Shown piece after piece: positions 46,444 to 56,232 of a DNA stretch of 64,000 bases (positions are counted from its first letter, which is position 1; each line of letters begins with the position of its first letter). Both the position numbers and the translations under genes were made by a program. Origin of the DNA: an uncultured Chloroflexia bacterium (GTDB lineage Bacteria; Chloroflexota; Limnocylindria; Limnocylindrales; CSP1-4); the NCBI GenBank assembly GCA_963716815.1, contig CAVQUM010000021.1:3299-67298 (forward strand), given 5' to 3'. The notes beneath the pieces are model-generated. The model ran no database searches, was not told where the DNA came from, and saw only the letters and a list, made by a program, of their open reading frames with translations.

Positions 46444-46465
46444 AATGCAAGTACTTACTTACATT
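46444..46465. promoter_or_regulatory. Imperfect 22-bp palindrome in an AT-richer stretch at the TetR start
   Basis: In aatgcaagtacttacttacatt, the half-sites AATGCAAGTAC and AATGTAAGTAA match at 9 of 11 positions. It is a candidate TetR operator. Confidence 0.35.
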
Positions 46466-46571
46466 AGCAGGAAAGCGCCCGCTGTCAAGTGTCGTTCCGC
46501 GTGGATGCGCCCCTGGGCTCGACTGTCGGCCTGCGCCCGAGGGCAGTTCCAGCCGGTGCTACGGCTGCGAC

Positions 46572-47552
46572 TCACGCGCCGGCGCCGGCGACCGCGATGA
46601 CGATCTTGCCCAGCGCTCGCCCATCGGCCACGTGTCGCAGGGCAGCGGCCGCCTCCGCCAAGGGGTACGTCCTCTCGACGACCGGTCGCACCGAACCCGA
46701 CACGATGAGTTCGTTGACCTCGTCCATGTCTTGCCGCGCGTGGGGCCAGCCGGGCAGGATGCCGAGCGTCTGCTCGCTCGAGCGCGCGGCCAGCTGTCCG
46801 AGCAGCGCGCCCTGCAGGATGCGACGGCCGGAGCCGCCGACCATGAGGTAGGTGCCGTCGGGCGTGAGCACGCGCTGCCAGTCGCGGACCGAGCGATGGG
46901 CCTGTACGTCGAGGACCAGCTCGTAGCGTTCCACGGAGCGCGTGGGGTCGTCGACCCGGAAGTCGATGGCGCGGTCGGCACCGAGCGAGCGGATGAGCTC
47001 GAGCTTGGCGGCGCCGTCGACACCCGTCACGCGCGCCCCCCTGGCCGCTGCCATCTGCAGCGCGAACGTGCCCATGCCCCCACCGGCGCCGTTGACCAGC
47101 ACGTGGCTGCCGGGGCCCAGACTGGGGCGTGCGCGGATGCCCTTGATGGCGACCCACGCGGCTGCGGGCACGGCCGCGGCCTCCTCGAACGTCAGCATCG
47201 ACGGCTTGGGTGCGAGTGCCAACGCAGGTGCGGTGACGAGCTCGGCGAAGGTGCTGTAGCCGTGCTCGGAGAGATCGCCCATGACCTCGTCCCCGGCCTG
47301 CCAAGCGGTCACCCCTGGGCCGACCCGTTCGACGACGCCAGCGACGTCCGAACCGACGATGCGGCTGGCCGGTCGGAGCGGCGAAGCCATGCGCACCATC
47401 CACCAGCCCCCGAGGATCTCGATGTCGGCGGCGTTGACCGAGGCGGCGCGGACGCGCACCGACACCTCGCCTGTCTTCGGCGCCGGTTCGGGCACGTCGC
47501 GCAGCTCGACCGATTCGGGCGGTCCGTACCTGGGCTGGACGATGGCACGCAC
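46572..47552 (-). CDS. NADPH:quinone oxidoreductase / zinc-type alcohol dehydrogenase-like (MDR superfamily)
   Basis: GTG at 47552 gives VRAIVQPRYGPPESVELRDVPEP. The nucleotide-binding motif is VLVNGAGGGMGTFALQMA. It is in the same ORF as fetB upstream. Confidence 0.75.
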   Translation of the reverse strand: MRAIVQPRYGPPESVELRDVPEPAPKTGEVSVRVRAASVNAADIEILGGWWMVRMASPLRPASRIVGSDVAGVVERVGPGVTAWQAGDEVMGDLSEHGYSTFAELVTAPALALAPKPSMLTFEEAAAVPAAAWVAIKGIRARPSLGPGSHVLVNGAGGGMGTFALQMAAARGARVTGVDGAAKLELIRSLGADRAIDFRVDDPTRSVERYELVLDVQAHRSVRDWQRVLTPDGTYLMVGGSGRRILQGALLGQLAARSSEQTLGILPGWPHARQDMDEVNELIVSGSVRPVVERTYPLAEAAAALRHVADGRALGKIVIAVAGAGA

Positions 47553-48332
47553 GGCGATCAGGTTTCCGCTGAGTGGGCGCAGCTGGTGCGCTGGGGTGAA
47601 CAGGATACGGCGCATGCCGAGGGCGATGACGCTGGTGGTCACGGCCACAGAGCCGAGCACGAGGTACATGATCACGAGCTGTGCCTGGACCGCATCGAGC
47701 GGGGTCACACCGGCGAGGAGGAGGCCCACCATCATGCCCGGCAGGAAGACGATGCCGACGGCCTTGGTCGTCTCGATCTGGGGGATGAGCGCGGTGCGCA
47801 GGGCCTCGCGCAGGTACGGGGCCGCAGCCTGCGCGGAGGGCTCGCCGAGCGCGAGCCGCGCTTCGATCTCCAATCGCTTGTCCTTGAACTCGGCGGTGAT
47901 CCGGCGGGCGACGAGCACGGTCGCGGTCATCGAGTTGCCGATCATCAAGCCGGCCAGCGGTACGACCGTGGTGCTGTCCACGGGGAAGACGCCGGCGCCG
48001 AAGAGGACGCCCAGCGTGACCACGGCCGAGGCTGTGAAGGCGCCCATCGAGAGCAGCCAGATGCGCGGTACCTGGGGCACGCGTCGCTGCACGGTCCAGC
48101 CCGCGAAGACGACCATCACCGCCACCCACGCCCAGGACAGGATCAGTGGCTGGCCGGGCGCGAGGATAGCCACCAGCACCAGGCCCAACAGCGCCAGCTG
48201 GGCGGCGGCGCGCAGGCCCGCGGTGACGAGGTCGCGCTCGAGGCGCAGGCCCGCCCACCAACTGATGCCGATGGCCACCAGCACCAGGGACCCGGAGGCG
48301 ACGACACCGAACAGCTCGACCGGGCCGCTCAT
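47553..48332 (-). CDS. fetB: Iron export ABC transporter permease FetB (UPF0014/YbbM family); no stop codon in frame
   Basis: PLAGLMIGNSM, LALGEPSAQA, LRTALIP, TKAVGIVFLPGMMVGLLLAG and the terminal AHQL match my recollection of E. coli FetB. The frame then runs on into the oxidoreductase gene. Confidence 0.7.
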
Positions 48333-48979
48333 ACGGCCACCACGCGGCCGGCCTCGAGCATCACTCGATGGTCGGCGATGCGCTCGACCTGGGCCAGGTC
48401 GTGGGTGACCCACAGGACCGGCACGCCGTCGTCGGCGAGGCGGCGTGCGAGTGACTCCAGCAGCAGCGTGGACTGGTGGTCGAGTGACGAGGTCGGCTCG
48501 TCGGCCACCAGCACCTGCGGCCGCATCAGCAGCGTCCGCGCCAGGCACACCCGCTGGGCCTCGCCACCGGACAGGGTCGTGCCGGCACGGTCGACGAAGC
48601 CATCATCGAGGCCCACCGAGCCCAGCACCTCCCGCTGCTTGGCCCGATCCTCGACGCCGGTGGCAGCGAGGTTATCGCGCACCGTGCCGTCGAAGAGGGT
48701 CGGCCGCTGGAAGACCATGCCCACGGTCCGGCGGAGCTCCAACACGTCGAGCGCACGCACGTCCCTGCCTCGCAGGCTGACGGTCCCGGTGGTCGGGTCG
48801 AGCAATCGGTTGGTCAGTCGCGTCAGCGTGGACTTGCCCGAGCCCGACGGGCCCAGCACCGCGGTGACGCCGGCAGCGGGGACCTCCAGGTCGATCTCAC
48901 GCAGGACGACCGCAGTGCCGAAGGCGACGGTCACACCCGCGAAGGTGAAGGCGGGGAACGAGGTCGGCGTGGTCGGCAC
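48329..48979 (-). CDS. fetA: Iron export ABC transporter ATP-binding protein FetA
   Basis: GPSGSGKST, LSGGEAQRVCLART, LVADEPTSSLD, with an ATGA overlap with fetB. A GTG start is chosen at 48979, because the upstream part of the listed ORF is Arg/Pro-rich. Confidence 0.7.
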   Translation of the reverse strand: MPTTPTSFPAFTFAGVTVAFGTAVVLREIDLEVPAAGVTAVLGPSGSGKSTLTRLTNRLLDPTTGTVSLRGRDVRALDVLELRRTVGMVFQRPTLFDGTVRDNLAATGVEDRAKQREVLGSVGLDDGFVDRAGTTLSGGEAQRVCLARTLLMRPQVLVADEPTSSLDHQSTLLLESLARRLADDGVPVLWVTHDLAQVERIADHRVMLEAGRVVAV

Positions 48980-49086
48980 ATCGACATTCTGGCAGTGCGG
49001 GCGCTTGCTCCGCGCTCCCGCATGGACTACGGTGCTTGCTCCGGTCTTGCAGCGGCGCGGGGCCTCCTGGCACGACACGGTAGGGA

Positions 49087-50154
49087 GTGATGGCAGCCTT
49101 CGCCGCACGGGCATACACGAGCCTTGAAGAGATGCTCGAGCCGAGTGTGCTCGGCGAGCTGCTTGGGCGTCCCGTTTCGGCTGTCCGGCGTGAGCCTTTC
49201 GAGCCGCCGGGCTGGTCGTCCACCGACGCGGTGTTCGAACGCGTCGCGCTTGACGGGGAGCCCGAGCCGAGCCTGGTGGCCAAGACCACTCGCCGGGACT
49301 ACGACTGGGTGGCGGTGGCGACCGATGACACGGTCGACCGGGAGGTGCGCTGCTGGGAGGCGGGGCTGCTGGCGCGCCTGCCGGCGCCCATGACCCATGC
49401 CGTGGTCGGCGCGGCGCGCACCGACCACGGTTACACGCTGCTGATGCACGACGTCTCGCGCTGGCTGATGGTGAACACCGCAGCCGCTCCCGCCTCGTGG
49501 GCCACACACCAACTCGTGCTCGAAGCGCTCGCGGCGATGCATGCGAGGTTCTGGTTGGACGAGGAGCTGCAGAAACGCGAGCTTGGCCTCAGCTCGTTGG
49601 CTGGCTTCGTCAACCACACCTCGCCGAGCACGATCGAGCAGATCCGGCTCAAGGGTGGTGCCTCGGAGGCCCTCGACATCGCCGAAGAAGGCTGGCGACG
49701 CCTGCCCTTGGTGTCCGACCCCTCGTTCGCGGCGGACGTGCAGTGGCTGGCCGAGGACCCGGCACTGCTCGTGAGCGCGGCTGCGCGGCTGCCGTGGACC
49801 CTTGTGCACGCCGACCCACGCTCCGACAACCTGGCCATCGACGGCGAGCGCGTGATCCTGCTGGATTGGGGTCGTCCGGCGGTCGCCCCTCCGGCACTGG
49901 ACCTGGCCTACTGGCTCGTCGCGGGCAACCAGCATGGAGCCATCCCGCACGACCGGCTCATCGCTGCCTACGAGGCCGCGCTGCGTGCGCGGCTCGGTCG
50001 GCGTCGCTTCTCGGATGCCTGGTGGGAACCGCAGCTGCGCCTCTGCCTGCTGGCGGTATTCGTGGCCATGGCCCCCTTCATCGCGCGCTTCCATCCAGAG
50101 GCCACGCCCTGGTGGATGGAGCGTGTCCGCCCCGAGTTGTGGGCGATCGGCTAG
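49087..50154 (+). CDS. Phosphotransferase (APH / protein-kinase-like fold) family protein
   Basis: The Brenner-type motif is LVHADPRSDNLAIDGERVILLDWG. Confidence 0.7.
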   Translation: MMAAFAARAYTSLEEMLEPSVLGELLGRPVSAVRREPFEPPGWSSTDAVFERVALDGEPEPSLVAKTTRRDYDWVAVATDDTVDREVRCWEAGLLARLPAPMTHAVVGAARTDHGYTLLMHDVSRWLMVNTAAAPASWATHQLVLEALAAMHARFWLDEELQKRELGLSSLAGFVNHTSPSTIEQIRLKGGASEALDIAEEGWRRLPLVSDPSFAADVQWLAEDPALLVSAAARLPWTLVHADPRSDNLAIDGERVILLDWGRPAVAPPALDLAYWLVAGNQHGAIPHDRLIAAYEAALRARLGRRRFSDAWWEPQLRLCLLAVFVAMAPFIARFHPEATPWWMERVRPELWAIG

Positions 50155-50807
50155 TTCGTCGGCCGTCGCCTGCGGCGGAGCCGGATGCCCAGGCTCAGGG
50201 CCACCAGCCACGCCACCCCGGCCAGCGGCCAGACCCAGGCCAGACTGCCGGGTCCATCGGCTGAGGTTTCCTTGCGCATCGGTCGAAGGCGAAGGAGGCG
50301 ATACATGCTGGTCGCCTTGTCGATCGTCTCATCGCTCATCTGGTGCGGGTGCAGGCCCAGCATGGGCGCCACGAAGCCCGAGTTGACCATGACCTGCCGC
50401 ACGATCGCGAGGCGGTCCGGGTCGTCAGAGGCATCCTCGGCGCTGGCCACCCAGCGACCGTCGGGCAGCCAGATGGCAGTCTCGGGCGCGGCCAGGATGT
50501 TGCGATACCAATGGGTCTTCTCGCCGAATGCGGCGAGCACGTAGACCTCGTCGCCCACGGTCGCGTAGTTGACGGGCGTGCGATAGGGCTTCCCGCTGAC
50601 CCGCCCGACGTGCTCGAGCACGAGGAGGCGTCCGCCGCCCTCCGGCCAACTGTTCATCATGCGTGCGAGGCCCAGGCGCCATAGCGGCACCATGGCCTTG
50701 TTCATCTGGTTGAAGCCGCGGCGCATGATCTCGAGGACACGTGGGTCGAGCACGCGCTCGTAGCGTCCGGCAACACCGCTCGGGCCTTGGTCGGTGTGAG
50801 TCATCAT
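50151..50807 (-). CDS. Nitroreductase-family deazaflavin-dependent oxidoreductase-like protein (DDN/DUF385 type) with a C-terminal TM
   Basis: Reads HVGRVSGKPYRTPVNYATVGDEVYVLAAFGEKTHWYRNILAAPE. The C-terminal anchor is WVWPLAGVAWLVALSLGI. Confidence 0.65.
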   Translation of the reverse strand: MMTHTDQGPSGVAGRYERVLDPRVLEIMRRGFNQMNKAMVPLWRLGLARMMNSWPEGGGRLLVLEHVGRVSGKPYRTPVNYATVGDEVYVLAAFGEKTHWYRNILAAPETAIWLPDGRWVASAEDASDDPDRLAIVRQVMVNSGFVAPMLGLHPHQMSDETIDKATSMYRLLRLRPMRKETSADGPGSLAWVWPLAGVAWLVALSLGIRLRRRRRPTN

Positions 50808-50863
50808 CCCTCCTGCTGGACCTCAGTCTCCGGCCCCGCCCGGCCTGTGCCAAGGGTCAGAGG

Positions 50864-51060
50864 TCAACTGGAGACGGGACTCGGCGGGAACTCGAGCGTC
50901 GCTGCCATCGCGAGATCGTCTGGCGCTGTCAGCTCGGCGGGGAGCGCTCGCAGGCCGGGGAGCGCTTGGAAGGCCGCGTCCGCGTAGCGCTGTGGCAGCC
51001 TGCTCCCTCACCGTGCGCTGGCCGATGACAGCCTGCGTCGGGTCATCGTCTCCCGTGACT
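50864..51060 (-). pseudogene. Gene remnant paralogous to the decayed gene at 58520..59340
   Basis: Reads GDDDPTQAVIGQRTV... then, after an in-frame TGA, LPQRYADAAFQALPG...*. It shares a 34-nt block (33/34 identical) with 58793-58826 and weaker flanking similarity. Confidence 0.35.
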
Positions 51061-51191
51061 GATACTCAGACTGGGCCCTATGCCCGCTGGGCGTTCTCCC
51101 ATGGACCCTGCAGGCGAGTGGAGTGGATGGACTCCGGGTCGCCCGCTCGCAAGCGGATGGCAAACTTGGAGAACATCGGAAGGGGAGTGCC

Positions 51192-52691
51192 GTGGCCGGT
51201 CCGACGATCCCGCTCGTTGAGGCAACGATCGATGATGTCCACCGGGCCCTAACGCGGGGCCAGTTGACGGTACGCGCACTCGTCGAGGGCTACCTCGCGA
51301 GGATCGAGGCCTACGATCGTCACGGCCCCACGCTCAACGCCATCCTTGCCCTCAACGAGCAGGCCTTGCCTGAGGCCGACCGGCTGGACGGCGAGCTGGC
51401 CCGGCAGGGCCGGCTGTCTGGCCCGCTGCACGGGGTTCCCGTGCTGGTGAAGGACCAGGTCGAGACGGCGGGCATCGCGACGACGTTCGGTTCGATAGCC
51501 ATGGACGGCTACGTCCCCGCGGCCGATGCGGCCGTCATCGCGCGGCTGAAGAAGGCTGGAGCCATCATCCTGGCCAAGACGACGCTGCCAGACTTCGCGA
51601 CGTCATGGTTCTCGTTCTCGTCGCTCTCCGGCGTGACCAGGAACCCGTATGACCTCGATCGGGACGCGGGTGGCTCAAGCAGCGGGACCGCGTCAGCCCT
51701 GGCCGCGAGCCTGGGACTCGTGGGCATCGGGGCGGACACCGGGGGCTCGATCAGGGTCCCCGCATCGTTCAACAGCCTGGTCGGCGTCCGCGTCACGCCG
51801 GGGCTCATCAGCCGCCGGGGCGTGTCCGCGCTCGTTTCGTTCCTTGACACAGCCGGCCCGATGGCGCGGACCGTGAGGGACGCGGCGCTCCTGCTCGACG
51901 CCATCGTCGGCTACGACCCGGGCGACGAGTACACGGCCGCGTACGTCGCTGCTCGTCCACCGGTCAGCTATGCCGACCTGCTGGATGCGGGCGCGCTGCA
52001 GGGTGCACGCATCGGCGTGCTCCGGCAGGTCTTCGGCGGCTCGGCCGATCCTGACCGATCCCCCGTCGACACGGTCATCGAGCAGGCCCTGCATGTCATG
52101 GCCGACGCCGGGGCCACGTTGGTGGACGTGGAGATCCCGGACTTGGATGACTTGCTGGGATCCACGGCGCTCTACCTCACACACAGCCGGCACGACCTCG
52201 ACCGGTTCCTGGCCGCGCGGCCCAGCCTCCCGTACTCGGCCATCGCGGACATCGTCCGCGACGGCAGGTATCACCCGGCCCTGGAGTGGCTCAAGGCCAT
52301 GTCGGAAGGCCCCGAGAGGCCATCGGACGACCCGGACTACTTCCCCAAGATGGCGGCGAGGGAGCGCTTCGAGCGCACGGTCGTCAACGCCATGGCCCGG
52401 GCATCCGTCGCTGTCCTGGTGTACCCGTCGGTCCAGGTCGTGGCACCCATGCGTTCCGAGCTCGACGCAGGCCGCTGGACGGTGGAGGCATTCCCGACCA
52501 ACACGATGATCGCCCCGCAGGCCGGGTTGCCCGCCGCCACCGTGCCGGCGGGCGCCACCCCGACGCGACTACCCGTGGGGCTGGAGATCCTCGGGTCGCC
52601 CTACGACGAGCCCACCGTCCTGACCATCGCCTACGCCTTCGAGCGGCAGGCTCGCGCCCGCATCGTGCCCAGGACCGCTCCGGAGCGGTGA
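51192..52691 (+). CDS. Amidase-signature family amidase
   Basis: Reads GPLHGVPVLVKD...AGGSSSGTASALAASLGLVGIGADTGGSIRVPA. The GTG at 51192 has AAGGGGAG 5 nt upstream, and the listed ORF begins at 51123. Confidence 0.85.
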   Translation: MAGPTIPLVEATIDDVHRALTRGQLTVRALVEGYLARIEAYDRHGPTLNAILALNEQALPEADRLDGELARQGRLSGPLHGVPVLVKDQVETAGIATTFGSIAMDGYVPAADAAVIARLKKAGAIILAKTTLPDFATSWFSFSSLSGVTRNPYDLDRDAGGSSSGTASALAASLGLVGIGADTGGSIRVPASFNSLVGVRVTPGLISRRGVSALVSFLDTAGPMARTVRDAALLLDAIVGYDPGDEYTAAYVAARPPVSYADLLDAGALQGARIGVLRQVFGGSADPDRSPVDTVIEQALHVMADAGATLVDVEIPDLDDLLGSTALYLTHSRHDLDRFLAARPSLPYSAIADIVRDGRYHPALEWLKAMSEGPERPSDDPDYFPKMAARERFERTVVNAMARASVAVLVYPSVQVVAPMRSELDAGRWTVEAFPTNTMIAPQAGLPAATVPAGATPTRLPVGLEILGSPYDEPTVLTIAYAFERQARARIVPRTAPER

Positions 52692-52722
52692 TCGGATCGG
52701 CGTCGACCCCAGCCAGGCCTGC

Positions 52723-53496
52723 TCACATCCGCGGTAGCCGCGGCACTGCCGCGAGGAGTTGCCGCGTGTACGCCTCGCTCGGTGCCCCCAACACGCCCGC
52801 CGTCGTTCCCTGCTCGACGACTCGCCCTTCCTTCAGCACGATGGTGCGCTGACAGAGCGCCCCGACCACGCCGAGGTCGTGGGAAACCATGAGCACGGTC
52901 AGATCCCGACTCTCGCGTAGCTTTGCCAGCAGGTCGATCACCTGGCCGCGGGTGATGACATCAAGGGCGCTGACCGGCTCATCGGCCAGGAGAACGCGAG
53001 GTCGGCTGACGATCGCCCGGGCGATGGCGATGCGCTGGCGTTGCCCGCCTGAGAACTCGTGCGGGTAGCGGGCGGCGGCGTCAGCCGAGAGCCCGACCGA
53101 AGCGAGCGCTTCCGCGACGAGCGCCTCTGCCTCACGCCCCTTCGCGATGCGCAACGAGCGCACCGGCTCGCCCACGATGCGACCGACGCGTTGCCGCGGG
53201 TCCAGGGACGAGTAGGGGTCCTGGAAGACGGTCTGCACGCTGCGGCGGAACGAACGGACTTGCGTGCGGTCGCCCAGGTCGAGCGGAACCCCGTCGAAGA
53301 GGACATGGCCCCTGGTCGGTCGCAGGAGGCCGAGCAGCAGTCTGACCAGCGTCGTCTTGCCGGATCCGGATTCGCCGACCAAGCCGGTGTTCTGTCCGGG
53401 TTCGATGCTGAACGAGATGTCCTGCACAGCGTAGTGCCCGGCATCGGCGCCTCGGTACGCGAAGCTCGCGCCATCGAGCCCCAGGATCGGGGTCAC
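52723..53496 (-). CDS. Peptide/nickel ABC transporter ATP-binding protein (DppF/OppF-like)
   Basis: GESGSGKTT, FSGGQRQRIAIARA and LLADEPVSALD. Last gene of a five-gene operon. Confidence 0.85.
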   Translation of the reverse strand: MTPILGLDGASFAYRGADAGHYAVQDISFSIEPGQNTGLVGESGSGKTTLVRLLLGLLRPTRGHVLFDGVPLDLGDRTQVRSFRRSVQTVFQDPYSSLDPRQRVGRIVGEPVRSLRIAKGREAEALVAEALASVGLSADAAARYPHEFSGGQRQRIAIARAIVSRPRVLLADEPVSALDVITRGQVIDLLAKLRESRDLTVLMVSHDLGVVGALCQRTIVLKEGRVVEQGTTAGVLGAPSEAYTRQLLAAVPRLPRM

Positions 53497-54305
53497 TGGT
53501 CCCGACCCTGGTCGAGAGCCGCCACGAACCCGGATTCCATCTCGTACGCGCTCGCCGCGAAGGCCGCCGTGTAGGGGTGCTGTGGCGACGCCAGCAGTTG
53601 CCCGATGCTGCCGCGCTCGACCGCCTCGCCGGCCCGCATCACCAGCGCGTGGTCGGTCATGCGCGAGACGATGGCCAGGTCATGGCTGACGAAGATCATG
53701 GCCATGTCGCGGTCGGTGACCAGCTGATCGAGCAGGTCGAGCACGTCGGACTGGACGGTCACATCGAGGGCAGTGGTGGGCTCGTCGGCGATCAGCAGTC
53801 GTGGCCGGCAAGCCAGGGCCATGGCGATGGCGACGCGCTGCCGCTGGCCGCCGGAGATCTCGTAGGAGCGCGATCCCGCGATGCGCTCGGGCTCGGGCAG
53901 ATGGACCTCCTCGAGGGCATCCAGCACGGCTCGCTTGAGCGCCGAACCGCGCAAGCCCTGGTGGCGCGCGATGGGCTCGGCCAGTTGCTGGCCCAGCTTC
54001 ATCAGCGGATCGAGTGCGGTCAGCGGCTCCTGGAAGATGAAGGCGCCGACGCGGCCGCGCAGCGGCACCAACTGCTTCTCCGGCGCGCCCACGACCTGGG
54101 TGCCATCGAGCACGATGCTGCCGGTCGCCTTCAGCCCTGCCGGGAGCAGCCCGATGACGGAGAAGGCCGTGAGCGACTTGCCAGAACCAGACTCGCCGAT
54201 CAGCCCCAGGCGTTCGCCGGGTGCGACCGAGAACGAGACGTCCCGCACGAGCGCACCACCGTCCGACGAGGTGACACCGAGCGCTGTGACCTCCAGCAGG
54301 TTCAT
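53493..54305 (-). CDS. Peptide/nickel ABC transporter ATP-binding protein (DppD/OppD-like)
   Basis: [23 protein letters not shown] and [11 protein letters not shown]. It overlaps both neighbouring genes. Confidence 0.85.
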   Translation of the reverse strand: MNLLEVTALGVTSSDGGALVRDVSFSVAPGERLGLIGESGSGKSLTAFSVIGLLPAGLKATGSIVLDGTQVVGAPEKQLVPLRGRVGAFIFQEPLTALDPLMKLGQQLAEPIARHQGLRGSALKRAVLDALEEVHLPEPERIAGSRSYEISGGQRQRVAIAMALACRPRLLIADEPTTALDVTVQSDVLDLLDQLVTDRDMAMIFVSHDLAIVSRMTDHALVMRAGEAVERGSIGQLLASPQHPYTAAFAASAYEMESGFVAALDQGRDQ

Positions 54306-55186
54306 CGCGTCCGGGCCTGCGTCGGATCCGCCACGTCGCGCAGCCCGTCGACCAGCAAGTTGACGCCGATCACGAGGATCACCAGCACGACGCCCGGAGC
54401 GATCGCTCCCAGCGGTGCCGTCACGACCGTGCTCTGGGCCTCTTCCAGCAGGCGACCCCAGGACGAGTTGGGCGGCGGTGCACCCAGGCCCAGGTACGAA
54501 AGGCTCGCCTCGGCGAGGACGGCGACGCCGAACAGCAAGCCCAGGTTGACGCTGATGGTGGGCCAGATGTTCGGCAGCACGTGCTGCCAGACGATGCCCA
54601 GTGAGCCCGTGCCGGACGTGCGTGCGGCCGTGATGTACTGCTGCGCCAGGACGCGCTTGGAGACGACACGGGTGAGCCGGGCCACGATCGCCGACACGGC
54701 CAACCCGATGGCCACCGTTACCGTGAGCAGCGAGGCTCCGGTCACGGCCACGAAGAGCATCGCCAGCAGGAGCAGGGGGAAGGCGATCATGATGTCCATA
54801 CCCGCGGACAGCACGTCATCCAGCCAGCCGTGGGCGAACGCAGCCGCCAGGCCGATCGGCACGCCCAACGCAGCACCCACCGCGACGGCGCCCACGCCGA
54901 CGATGATGGCGATGCGGGCGCCGACCATGATCTGCGTGAAGAGGTCCCGGCCCAGCCTGTCTGTGCCCAGCCAGTGCGCGAGTGACGGGCTCTCCAGGCG
55001 GGTGCCCGAGGTGTCGCTCGGATCGTAGGGCAACCACGCCAGCGACACGATCGCGATGAGCACGATGGTGACGACCATGAGCAGGCCCACGATGAGGAAC
55101 AGGGAGCGGCGCTTGCGGGCTCGTGCAGGCGGAACTTGCGTGTCGCCCTGATCGGCCTCAGCCAGCCCCTCCCGCTGAGGGCTCAC
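54302..55186 (-). CDS. Peptide ABC transporter permease (DppC/OppC-like)
   Basis: GTGA overlap with the upstream permease. Reads HWLGTDRLGRDLF, with the EAA-like region AARTSGTGSLGIVWQHVLPN. Confidence 0.8.
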   Translation of the reverse strand: MSPQREGLAEADQGDTQVPPARARKRRSLFLIVGLLMVVTIVLIAIVSLAWLPYDPSDTSGTRLESPSLAHWLGTDRLGRDLFTQIMVGARIAIIVGVGAVAVGAALGVPIGLAAAFAHGWLDDVLSAGMDIMIAFPLLLLAMLFVAVTGASLLTVTVAIGLAVSAIVARLTRVVSKRVLAQQYITAARTSGTGSLGIVWQHVLPNIWPTISVNLGLLFGVAVLAEASLSYLGLGAPPPNSSWGRLLEEAQSTVVTAPLGAIAPGVVLVILVIGVNLLVDGLRDVADPTQARTR

Positions 55187-56142
55187 GACGATCGGGTCCT
55201 GTGGCGCAGGCGCGGATCGACCACGCGCTGCGCCACGTCGGCGATGAAGCCGACGCTGAGCACCAGCAACGTGCTTACGAAGAGGATGCCCTGGATGTTG
55301 GGATAGTCGTGCTGCGCGATGGCCTTGAGGAGCATGCTGCCGAGGCCAGGGAGCGCGAAGACGGCCTCGATGACCACCGCTCCGAGGAAGGTGGTGGCGA
55401 GTTCGATGCCGAGGATGGCGATGACCGGAACCGCGCCGTTGCGCAGGCCGTGGCGGAGCATGGCCACGCCCATGGTGGAGCCCATCGCCCGGGCGTTGCG
55501 CAGGTAGTCGCTGCCCAGCACGTCGATGGTGGCACTGCGCACGTAGCGCGAAAGCGAGCCGGCCATCACCAGGGCGATGGTCAGGACCGGCAACGCGAGA
55601 TGCGTGAGCGCTGCCCCCGGGTCGGACCAACCGTCACGCGGGAAACCGCCGGCGGGTAGAGCCTTCAGGCGCAGGGAGAAGATGCCGATGAGCAGGATGC
55701 CCACCCAGAACGCCGGGATGGCGATGAACAGCTGGGAGAAGGCAGTCAGCGCGGCGCCGTACCAGCGGTCCGCCTTGTAGGCGGCGATGAAGCCGATGAT
55801 CAGCGACAGCACGAACGCAAGCCCGAACGCGAGGAAGGTGAGGGGGATGGTCACGGACAAGCGGGAGGCGACCTCTGGAGCCACCGGCAACGTGCTGATG
55901 AAGGAACTCCCGAAGTCCAGGGTGACCATCCCCCCGAACCAGTCGGTGAACTGCTCGAAGAGCGGAAGGTCAGCCCCCACCTGGGCTCGCGCTGCGGCGA
56001 TCTGCTCGGGTGTCGCCTGGACCGTCAGCAGCGCGTTGGCCGGGTCGCCCGGCAATGCTCGCAGGAGGAGGAAGATCGCCACCATCGCGATCAACAGCGA
56101 ACCCACGAGGATGGCGGTGCGACGGAGTAGGTACTGAGCCAT
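55183..56142 (-). CDS. Peptide ABC transporter permease (DppB/OppB-like)
   Basis: Reads MAQYLLRRTAILVGSLLIAMVAIFLLLRALPGDP, with the EAA-like region ARAMGSTMGVAMLRHGLRN. Intact. Confidence 0.85.
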   Translation of the reverse strand: MAQYLLRRTAILVGSLLIAMVAIFLLLRALPGDPANALLTVQATPEQIAAARAQVGADLPLFEQFTDWFGGMVTLDFGSSFISTLPVAPEVASRLSVTIPLTFLAFGLAFVLSLIIGFIAAYKADRWYGAALTAFSQLFIAIPAFWVGILLIGIFSLRLKALPAGGFPRDGWSDPGAALTHLALPVLTIALVMAGSLSRYVRSATIDVLGSDYLRNARAMGSTMGVAMLRHGLRNGAVPVIAILGIELATTFLGAVVIEAVFALPGLGSMLLKAIAQHDYPNIQGILFVSTLLVLSVGFIADVAQRVVDPRLRHRTRSS

Positions 56143-56232
56143 CGTGCGTTAGCCTCGCTGTCCCCTCCAGGCTCAGCCGCGGATGAGTCGACCGGGGTCC
56201 CGCCGCGCGCGCGTCAGGACCCCGATCGGTCG

